DNA from: Phoronis australis
Taxonomy: Eukaryota; Animalia; Phoronida
Assembly: GCA_002633005.1 (NCBI GenBank)
Contig: NMRA01000019.1
Span: 1,681,261 to 1,745,260, forward strand
Length of the DNA: 64,000 nucleotides
Direction of reading: 5' to 3'
Shown here piece by piece: positions 53,551-64,000 of this stretch. The position numbers and the translations under genes were made by a program. Within the stretch, counting starts at the first letter, position 1, and each line of letters begins with the position of its first letter. Below the pieces are notes generated by a model. The model searched no databases and was not told the origin of the DNA. It saw only the letters and a program-made list of their open reading frames with translations.

Positions 53551-54299
53551 GTTAATATGATTTATGGAGACATATACACATGGCCACAGGCCCCAAGTAT
53601 ATCATGGACAAGACAGAACATTGTTAGGTGCCACGTTTTAAATTGGATAATACCTTATGACGATTGAGAGCGTGATGGAGTTCTCATGAGAGAATCAAAG
53701 TTACAGTAGATGAGTTGGGGGAGAATGACAAAAACGATCACTTAAATAATTAACCCGAAGGTCTTGGTACGCACTACAAACTAACACAAAGTGGTATTCG
53801 TGACACCCATAATTACATAATTCACACAACCTGTTTCCATAGGGAATATTTGTGTGGCGACCTCTTTCCACTAGTAACGAATGATTCGAACATCGCAATC
53901 GAGTCAGCTAGAGACTGGATAAAAACACGTGGGATACTAACCATTTCTAGATAATTCTCAAGATTATACTTTGTTTTGTACTCCACATAGTAAGGCAGTT
54001 TTGCGTTACATTCGATATCAGATTGCCAACCTTGCAAATAACAGTCGTTGACACGTTGAGAAAAAACAGTCAAGAAATACGCTTGATTTACCACACCCTG
54101 ATTAATCCATACTTCTGAAAAACCATACGCAGACAGAATTTTCCTTACAAAACTTGCCGAATTATAGGAAGATCTTCTGATCAGGTCTGACTGAAAAAGC
54201 ATATCATATGCAGATTTTACCCCACGATTACTAGACATCTCCAGTATTTTGAACCAGTATTTTAAACAAGAAACAAACTATTTTGTAGACAATGGTTTT
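53551..54299 (-). mobile_element. 5'-truncated LINE (RTE-X-like C-terminus) flanked by a 59-bp direct repeat
   Basis: YGFSEVWINQG...FSQRVND...Q.W...KL.YY..YK..Y.LENYL; RCSNHSLLVERGRH.....RLC.LCN....EYHFVLVC..Y.DLR..YL. Confidence 0.8.
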
Positions 54300-54912
54300 T
54301 CCACGGTTGATTTGACGCGGATACAAACCGGTAATATCTCACGAGTGTCATCACCCATTTTATGATATTATGTAAAAATGAAGTGCCATACGTGAAAGAT
54401 CGGTCGCAATCGTACTAGAGAGACATCTTACGTGAAAATGGGTTCGTCTCGGATTGAAAGAGCGTGGATATGGAATTCGTCGCGAAAGATGGGTCCGTAT
54501 AAGAAGTTGTTTGCATTTTCTTCCGCCTGCGAGTACACGCATGATGCTACTTTTTGTGTCATATTGAAGCGTGTCGGAATGTTAGAGGCGGACGTTATAA
54601 TACAGGAAATATTACTGTGCTGAAAGTGCGAGTACTTACACGCGATCTGTCAATCGTAAACTTGTCACCTTCACGGTATTCCAGCATTGCTTGCTTGTTT
54701 GTAGGCCTACTAATGTTTTGCATACTATGGAATGTAAGGCGTTTGGATTTCAACGTTGATTTATTTCATGATTCTCACATGTAATATAAAAAGTTACGTA
54801 CTCGGTGTTATTAACCAACCGTGTCGTAACACATTACAGTTCTTGTGAGAAATTTATTTACTTCATGAGGACAAGCTTTGGATACCAAAGATTGAACACC
54901 TGTTTAACATAC

Positions 54913-55085
54913 CTCTGGGTTTTCGGCGCTGCTTTGAATCGACATCTTTTTGTGAGGGGGTGGCATGTCGTCTCCGTCGTCTGACAGACCTCCTGTAGTT
55001 TCCGTCCCCAAACTGGAACCGCATGTAGGAAACCCCCTCGCAGCTGTCATTGTCGACGACGTCTTATCCAAATCAGTCGCTAACT
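54913..55085 (-). CDS. Candidate host exon (S/T/D-rich low-complexity linker)
   Basis: catttcAG|AG...CCAGAG|GTATGT, 173 bp, phase 1-0, open (ELATDLDKTSSTMTAARGFPTCGSSLGTETTGGLSDDGDDMPPPHKKMSIQSSAENPE); GC-richer than its flanks. Confidence 0.55.
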
Positions 55086-55769
55086 CTGAAATGTATACAC
55101 ATTACAACTGTTATAGCGTATAGCGTGAAGTTATGTCGATTTGTAATTTTCCAACAACGGCTAACGAATTATATGCGAATTTCTTATAAGTGTTGTTGCA
55201 ATATGCCAGTCTCGAAAAATTACTTGTGACGAACTCAAAACTAAATTATCTAATCCTGATTATTCTTTAGCATATCATAGCTACAATGGCCGAAGTATAA
55301 TATTGTTTCTTCAAAAATCTGTGATTTATAAGATGTTGTCTGATAAAATTTGGGAAAGTTCATGCTAATGCTGGATTGAATTACATGTAAATTATAAAAA
55401 ATTAAATACGGTTTCTTCTATTGTTCCTCGTCTCAGTCCTCCGTCGAGCGCAAAGCATATTTCAACCTGTTATCCAAACAACATTCTGAACTTTCAAAAT
55501 CTTCAGCGATCGAAATAATACCTGGTTTCCTGGCGACCACGATAATCATGCGGGCTTTGAACGTTCTACTTGCAAACGACTTTGTACAACTGATCAACGA
55601 GCTTACAAGAATCTCTGCAACTTCCAAATTTTGCATTGATTTCTGTGTTACCAACATCCTCAGTTTTATTTCGTCCACGTTCGTTCTGCCCACATCGGTC
55701 ACTTGGATCACCATGTCATACATACATGCACGTTCTCAGTGGATTTGACATCGATACTACAGTATTGCG

Positions 55770-57830
55770 ATTCAATAAAAAACTTACAGACACCCTATAG
55801 AAAAACACTCCATCCAAAGTAGTCACCACGAAATTACAGGACATGGATTACAGAATAGATAAAGCGCGAACTTAAAAAAACGCTCTACGATATGCAGGCG
55901 CTACAAACAATATTCCAACCCTCTTTATTTCAGTCAATACAATGAACAGTCTAAACAAGTGGAAAGTATGATAAAAAACACAAAATATGATTACAATATC
56001 GGTCTTATTCAAAGTATTAAAAATCTATCTGAAAACTCTAAGAGTACTGAAAAATTGCTAACAAAATAAGATGGATTTCAGATTACGCGTTTCCTCATAT
56101 CTCTTCTAAAGACTTTCATAAACACAGCGAAATAACATCGGAAAATGCACATCATTTCTAGAATATTTTACAAACAAAGACAACATCAATCCGACAAATC
56201 AAGCAGTCCCTCTAGTATCAACACACTGATTTACAAACTACTACTGCAGAAGTTCTTGAACTTCTTGAGGATATCGACGTTAACAAATCAAATCGAACAG
56301 AACTCATAACAAATTAAATGACAAAAACGGTAGCTAAAGAATTATCTGTACCTCTCACAAAAACATTTAATAAAACCCTGTTGACAGGTCATTATCCTTC
56401 TGATTGGAAGTTGGAAATAATGGTATCACTTCACGAGAAGGACTGGAAGTCAGAAGTGTCAATTTATCACCCCCATCACTCTCCTTAATACCTTCCCCGA
56501 GATTCTAGAAAAAGGCTATATTTCGAAAACCCTTTGTCATTTAAATTCACACGATCTCATATACTCAAAGCATTTTGGCTTTCTAGCAGGAAACAATACA
56601 ATTTCCCAAGTCACTGAATTTATCCATGACACACATTTGCAGTTTGAAAATAATAATAACGTCAGGTCTGTTTTCCTCGACTTAGCTTCTGTCTTCGACA
56701 TGGTGCCACATTACCTACTCATTTACAAATTAAGATCGTTTGGAGTATCTGGTACTCTGTTAAATTTATTGGAATGTTATTTCCATAATCCCATCTCCAA
56801 AGTGTGAATTGATGGTGTATATTCCTTGTCGTCATCTCCGGGCTACGTGTATGCGGGTGTGCCCCAGGGCAGTGTTCTTGGTCCATTTCTTTTCCTTCTA
56901 TACATGAATGACCTTCCCGACAATATTTCATGTAAAACCTATCTACAGTGTACGCTGATCCCACATCTTTATTTCTCCCTTTCCCTAAAGGCACAGCTAT
57001 CTATGAAACTACAAGATGATGTACACGGACTTTCTTCAAATGGTGAATGGATTTTCAGGCAGAAAAAGTGTGACATTATTTTCTCCCCATCCAAAAACTC
57101 ACTACTGCTTGTAGATCAATTATTTGATTTACAACTTAGACGTGGGAGAATGTCCAAAAAATATACCTAAACACACTTAAGTAATATTATTGATAACAAT
57201 CTCTTTTTGAATGCTCGTTGTCGTGATCTACATGCAGTTGCTAAGATTCAAAAGTTGCTGAATCCAATCAAATTTATATCAAGGCAACTTAGTTCAATGC
57301 ACCTAGATGTTTGTTTAATGCATTTGTATTACCCCACATTGACTACGGAGACATTATCTATCAACCCGCTGGTGCTGTTGTTCTACTTCAGCTAGACCGT
57401 CCGTTGTATCAAGCTGCACTATCAATCACAGGATCATGTAAAGGTTCAGAACAAAAATAAAGTTCTCAATAGCTTGAGTTGGTCTACACTTTCCGAACGA
57501 AGGAAACTACACACAGCCATGAACACATTTAAAATTCTCAATAACATAAACAATTCGTCTAATAAGTTTTTATTTAACACATATTAAAGAGAATACCAAA
57601 GGCCTGGCCTTATGAATACCATTATTTTCACAATTCCCATGTCATAATCCAGGGCAACTCGAAGATCAACAATTCCAGTGTGTATAGAAAATTGGAATAC
57701 AATTCCTTCAATTTTAAGAGGCAGCCGTTCACCGTCAATGATCAAAACAAGCTTAAAAAATCACTTCTGTCATGCCAATCTACCATCCCCTCTTACCAAG
57801 TTTAAAACTATATTCCTAAACCTCACGAGA
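55770..57830 (+). mobile_element. Decayed CR1-group LINE ORF2 (RT)
   Basis: [40 protein letters not shown] and YAD motifs, with many stops and frameshifts. Confidence 0.9.
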
Positions 57831-60800
57831 TATCTCTCTATCATCGCCTCTTATACGGTCAACCTCACCTTGCCGAGAGGTGTCGCGTTAACCTGTGAGG
57901 AAGGTGAGAAACGACGCAGCGACGTCAGTGGTTCGTCTCGAGAGTGAATGCCGCTATATTGCGTCGCATCGTTCCCGTTTGTCCGAACTATGAAGCTTCG
58001 AAGAAAGCGGGTTTATCGTTTTTTCGACTTCCTCAAGAGCTCGAAATGCTCGCATCAGATACAATTTGTAATGCCTTGGAGTGCTCGTGAGTGCAAATAT
58101 TTTTAGAAGCAAGCAATGAATAAACCACTGCGTTACCGGCTTTTGATGCCGGCAACAAAGGTAATTGACGGGATACCGAGGCCGTGTAAGCGCATGCTAA
58201 TTCAGTGTTTGCTGACAGAAAGCTGTTGTGAAACAATTACTCGATTTTATACGCTATGGTCACATGTTAGGGAAATCTTAATTTAGAAATACAAATACAT
58301 TATTCAAATCATTGTTACTGTACAACCTTTGTCCCTAGTCTAGACATCGCGACCCCCAACAAGTAAGTAGATTTTCTGTTTCAAGGCTAATTCAAAAATA
58401 TAATTACGTGCACATTATTTTTTTCGCTCACTACTATAGCCTTTTCGTGACTCTGGAGGTTTAGTTCCGAAACCAAGTTGGTTTATGTTCGTGCCAGTCT
58501 CGGCGGCCGCGACGCGTCTGATCGGGTTCTGAGCCACTGGCCTGGATAACGAGTCAGTCCGGCTGCGACGGGTCTGATCGGGTTCTGATCAACTGGCCGG
58601 CGTAACAAGCGATTTGTGTGTTTAGACTAAAAAAATCAGAAGTATAACAACACAGATCTACAGGTTTTTCTGCCTTTATTTCACGGAAGAATACTTCGAA
58701 TTTATCTCCGAATAGACATGACAGCGTTTTCCCGTTCAGTGACTTTACCAGACGTATGAGGTTCTAAGCGTATGGTAACATCTAGCTTCTTTGTTAACTG
58801 CCAAGTACACTCTTTTTTCTGTTATGACAACAAGCAGGCCAATTATCTACCATGATTATTACAGACCACGTGTGAACACAGTCAAATTCAGAGTGAATTG
58901 GTTTATTCGGAAAGAATAGATGGTCGTAATTTCGGTCGCAGTTGGGCGATATTGGGGATTCAAAAACTAAACAGGATCACCATTTGACGAAGATTTCAGA
59001 AATGCTATTGTCTTATGTTCAAATATGTAATAACAGCACAGCCCAGTCAGGGTAGATACGATCTTATTGGAGATTAGAGCAATTATAGTCCTTCTCTCAC
59101 GCGTTGTTAACCCTTATTACATGGTTGGAAGATGTTATAAGGATCCAAGAAGTACCTACCCCATAACTAATACACGATCCGTACTCGAAAACAGTTTAAA
59201 TGAACGCGCCACTCACGATTCGCACCCGAAGAAACACCGCCATCTTGAACTTGCCGCGAACCCGGAAGTACAATTCATTCAGGAACCCAGGCNNNNNNNN
59301 NNNNNNNNNNNNNNNNNNNNNNNNNNNNNNNNNNNNNNNNNNNNNNNNNNNNNNNNNNNNNNNNNNNNNNNNNNNNNNNNNNNNNNNNNNNNNNNNNNNN
59401 NNNNNNNNNNNNNNNNNNNNNNNNNNNNNNNNNNNNNNNNNNNNNNNNNNNNNNNNNNNNNNNNNNNNNNNNNNNNNNNNNNNNNNNNNNNNNNNNNNNN
59501 NNNNNNNNNNNNNNNNNNNNNNNNNNNNNNNNNNNNNNNNNNNNNNNNNNNNNNNNNNNNNNNNNNNNNNNNNNNNNNNNNNNNNNNNNNNNNNNNNNNN
59601 NNNNNNNNNNNNNNNNNNNNNNNNNNNNNNNNNNNNNNNNNNNNNNNNNNNNNNNNNNNNNNNNNNNNNNNNNNNNNNNNNNNNNNNNNNNNNNNNNNNN
59701 NNNNNNNNNNNNNNNNNNNNNNNNNNNNNNNNNNNNNNNNNNNNNNNNNNNNNNNNNATTATTGTTGATAACAATCTCTTTTTAAATGCTTGTTGTCGTT
59801 ATCTATTTGCTAAGATTCAAAAGTTGCTGAATCCAATCGAATTTATATCAAGGCAACTTAGTTCAATGCACCTAGATGTTTGTTTAATTCATTTGTCTTA
59901 CCCCACTTTGACTACGGAGACAATATCTATCAACCCGCTGGTGCTGTTGTTCTACTTCAGCTAGATCGTTCGCTGTATCAAGCTGCACTATTAATCACAG
60001 GATCATGTAAAGGTTCAGAACAAAAATAAAGTTCTCAATAGCTCGAGTTGGTCTACACTTTCCGAACGAAGGAAACTACACACCTCCATGAACACATTTA
60101 TTAAGGTTCTCAATAACATAAACAATTCGTCAAATAAGCTTTTATTTAACACATATTAAAGAGAATACCGAAGGCCTGGCCTTATGAATACCATTATTTT
60201 CACAATTCCCACGTCATATTCCAGGACAACTCGCAGATCAACAATTCCAGTTTGTATAGAAAATTGGAATACAATTCCTTCAATTTTAAAAGACAGCCGT
60301 TCACCCTGAATGATCAAAACAAGCTTAAAAAATCACTTCTGTCATGCCAATCTACCATTACCTCTTACCAACTTTAAAACTATATTCCTAAATCTGACGA
60401 GATATCTCTCTATCATCGCCTCTTATACGGTCAACCTCACCTTGCCGAGAGGTGTCGCGTTACCCTGTGAGGAAGGTGAGAAACGACGCAGCGACGTCAG
60501 TGGTTCGTCTCGAGAGTGAATGCCGCTATATTGGGTTGCATCGTTCCCGTTTGTCCGAACTATGAAGCTTCGAAGAAAGCGAGTATATCGTTTTTTCGAC
60601 ATCCTCAAGAGCTCAAAATGCTTAGGAAGTGGCTCGGGGTAGTGAAGATTGAAAGGTAAGCTGTTAATAGCAAGTATTAGGCCGTGAAACATCCTTGTAT
60701 GTGACCGGCATTTCGTCGACAATTAATTCTTCTGACGAATTCTGGCTCAACAAAGAACTATCCATATGCTCCGTTGCTTGTGCATGTTCAGGGCGCCTCT

Positions 60801-62080
60801 CTAGTATTTCTTGATCAGTGTATTCCGGTTCGAACGGATAGCCTGTGAAACCTAAAGATCCTACCCGCAAAGTCTTCGTCGCCCGAGCTCTTTACTAAAT
60901 CGGGATTGGCGCGGGGCGAGTTGCCGTTTATTAGTAGACGTTTATTATTCTGCAATCTTTTTCAAAATGAATTATTCTCATCCTAACCAATGCTTATATG
61001 AAACAGAAACAAATTAAGTCTCATCAGATACAATTTGTAATGCTTGAAGTGCTCGTGAGTGGAAATATTTTTAGAAGCAAGAAATGAATAAACCACTGCG
61101 TTACCGGCTTTTGATGCCGGCAACAAAGGCAATTGACGGGGCACCGAGGCCGTGTAAGCGCATGCTAATTCAGTGTTTGCTGACAGAAAGCTGTTGTGAA
61201 ACAATTACTCGATTTTATACGCTATGGTCACATGTTAGGGGAATCTTAATTTAGAAATACAATCACATTATTCAAATCATTGTTACTGTACAACCTTTGC
61301 CCTTACAGTGTGTGCAAGGGGAACCCGACATCGCGGCCCCCAACAAGTAAGTAGATTTTCTGTTTCAAGGCTAATTCACATAAATAATTACGTGCACATT
61401 ATTTCTTTCGCTCACTACTATAGTCTTTTCGTGACTCTGGAGGTTTACTTCCCAACCCAAGCTGCTTTATGTTTGTGCCAGTCCCGGCGTCCACTACGCG
61501 TCTGATCGGGTTCTGAGCCACTGGCCTGGATAACGAGTCAGTCCGGCTGCGACGGGCCTGATCGGCTTCTGATCAACTGGTCGGGATAACGAGCGATTTG
61601 TGTGTTTAGATTAAAAAAATCACAAGTATAACAACACAGATCTAGGTTCTCTTGCCTGTATTTCACGGAAGAATACTTCGAATTTATCTCCGAACAGACA
61701 TAAGAGCGTTTTCCCGTTCAGTGACTTTAGCAGACGTAGGGGGTTCTGAGCGCATGAGAACATCTAGCTTCTTTGTTAACTGCAAAGTACACTCTTTTGT
61801 CTGTTATGACAACAAGCAGGCCAATTATCTGCTAATTACAGACCACGTGTGAACACAGTCAAATTCAGAGTGAATTGGTTTATTCGGAAAGAATAGATGG
61901 TCGTAATTTCGGTTGCAGTTGGGCGATATTTGGGATTCAAAAATTAAACAGGATCACCATTTGACGAAGATTCCAGAAATGGTACTGTTTTATGTTCAAA
62001 TATGTAATAACTTAACTTTTCTTTTTATCCGCACAGCCCAGTCAGGATAGATACGATCTTATTGGAGATTAGAGCAATTA
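57185..62080 (+). repeat. Tandem duplication across an N-gap (57185-59085 vs 59758-62080)
   Basis: Colinear, high but imperfect identity. The second copy has an extra segment of about 400 bp (about 60620-61021). The first copy ends in an insertion at 59086. Confidence 0.9.
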
Positions 62081-62556
62081 TCGAACAAAAGAGAGCTGGC
62101 CCTCCAACCATAAATGCCAGAATGGAGTTACTCAGTCGTATAAAATATTGGCTGCAGGGATAAACTTCCCAACTTGTTGGTGGGTTATAGAATGGAACAA
62201 GTTGTGAGCAACAGGAAAGTGTCGTAATGCCCCAAACTCCTCAGTGCTACGGTCCTTGGTAAATTGACCTGCCGAACTTTGTAGGCTACCGTGTGTCCAA
62301 ATACCAGTAAATCCGTAACAGCGAATAAAACAACACCTTTTTATAAAAACTCAGTGTATTTTTAAGGGTTTTAGATCGAGGTTTGATGATTTATCGGTGT
62401 TAAACGATGAATTCAAGCGATAAGCCGACACCAGTTACCCTTGTTGAGAACTGCTGAACAGACAGCGTGTGAAACCAATTACGTCATTTGATAATTTCAA
62501 CACCTCCGTTTGGCGTCAGGTGTCTGGTAACGCAACCGAACGTGCCGTCGTCGAGT

Positions 62557-62930
62557 AGAAGTACTAAATTGATACAAAATAGGTTGTTTTTGGGTGGCAT
62601 TCTCCTTTAACTCTTATAAATTTCGACACAACTTCAGAGACCTCTCTCCGTTATGCAATTGTGGGCAAGTTCAGACTAAAATTCACATTCTGTTGGACTA
62701 TCCAATTAATTTTCAACAATGGCATGGACTTTATCGAGGTCATGGAAAGTAACTTTGACATGTTGTCTCTACCTTATGAATCCCGCAGTTTGCTAGACAA
62801 AGCCAATATCCTCATTAATGGTTCAAGTAAATTCAGTGATGAACCTAATCTTAGTCTGCTTAAATCTGTCGTATCATATTATTATATTAGTCTGTGGTTG
62901 TATTGATCTGTTGTAAGTCAATGTCACTTG
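62557..62930 (+). mobile_element. 3' end of a CR1-group LINE (probable continuation of the 55770 element)
   Basis: LIQNRLFLG / NSYKFRHNFRDLSPLCNCGQVQTKIHILLD matches the CR1 C-terminal 'RLRLG.S.LN.H.FRHN..D.P.C.CG..E...H.LL.C' pattern. Confidence 0.7.
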
Positions 62931-63051
62931 TAACTTTTCTCTTATTATTGTTTGGAGTCGCCGACTTTACCACTACACCATTCAACGGCTGACGTCATCA
63001 AAAGTGAAAACAGAATACTTAAATGAGCACGCGCAACAATCACATATTCAG

Positions 63052-63427
63052 AAAAGGGCATTGCACCGACATTTATACGCTGTGAAAAATAAGACGCATA
63101 ATTTCCATAAAAACGATATTTTAATTCTGTGAAATTTTTCTCTCGTGTTCTCTCACTTCTAAATCACCGATCAGCAATTTGAATGCGGGTATCATGTCGT
63201 CGAGATCCTTTGACTTGAGCATTATATTCAGTTACTAGTGGCAACCTATTTTATCAGACGATATTTTCGCGGTCGAAGCTTAGCGTGATAAAATGTGTAG
63301 TAAGCTATACTAGTTGCTAAACCGTAATTTACAGATTCTCTTTATTTCTATTCTGTTGAAATTTTCAATTGGTTTTGAGTGTAAGCATTATTTGACAAAA
63401 ATAGCTAGGCTTTTCTTAAAAGGTCAC
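63052..63427 (+). repeat. Dispersed non-autonomous DNA element (partner of 14692-15056)
   Basis: Inverted match to 14692-15056; begins aaagggcattgcaccga, which resembles Kolobok-type termini. Confidence 0.7.
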
Positions 63428-64000
63428 GACCTCTGACCCCGGGCCTCTGCCGTGGAAAGTAGTTACAAAGCCGGGGCGAGTCGAGAAAGGTAGATCGATT
63501 CATTGCAATGTTTCTCGTTCAGTATGTGGTAACGCCCCTCGGGCGATAATTCTCCAAAATCCACGGGGGCTCTAGATAACGGGGGATAACGACTTCGCCA
63601 TGTAATAATCTATATTTATTATTGTGTGTTCATTGTCTGAAGCCCGGATATAATGCTAACTGCGGTTTCCTGGTTGAATTTTATAACATTATATATTTGT
63701 GATGTCTTAATAAATTGATAACTATAAAAAAAACCCGTTTGTATATCTCGATACGCGTTGTGCCACACCTTCGTTTACTTGCATATCAGCAATCTCTAAA
63801 TACTAACCCAGAGTTATCATCATGTACATTGTGTGCACCGTCCACACCGAGATTTGTCCTAGAACTTACTCCAAGAAAAAGTTGTCGCTAGGTTTGAAGG
63901 TTGTGTGTACGTTTTTTAAGCTGGTGCAACTTGCAACACGTTTGACATTTTACTCCACTTGTCAAGATAGGGTAGTTAGTTCTTGGGTAACTTGCACCAC

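Noticed and set aside
59067-59964. Long ORFs of 192-254 aa (and the N-terminal part of 7328-8578)
   Set aside because: Length is produced by translation through N-gaps.

Overview
This is AT-rich eukaryotic (invertebrate-type) draft-assembly DNA, not prokaryotic, and most of it is nested transposable elements. The elements are: a Gmr1-like Gypsy remnant; a near-complete, young BEL/Pao LTR retrotransposon (6992-14691); a second Gypsy remnant; CR1, Tx1-like and RTE-X-like LINE fragments; a Penelope-like element with inverted pLTRs and hammerhead-like motifs; an IS3EU-like remnant; Academ and Sola3 DNA transposons with recognisable termini; and several MITEs. Scattered between them on the minus strand are exons of a host gene. 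Five of them chain with compatible splice phases into a ZU5/UPA-like module (HFS motif) followed by the N-terminal half of a FAM111-like trypsin-fold serine protease. Possible upstream exons extend to about 55.7 kb. I could not find the protease Asp/Ser half, so the gene may be truncated or a pseudogene. Several duplications flanking N-gaps are probably assembly or haplotype artefacts. All family assignments come from motif recognition by eye; no searches were run.
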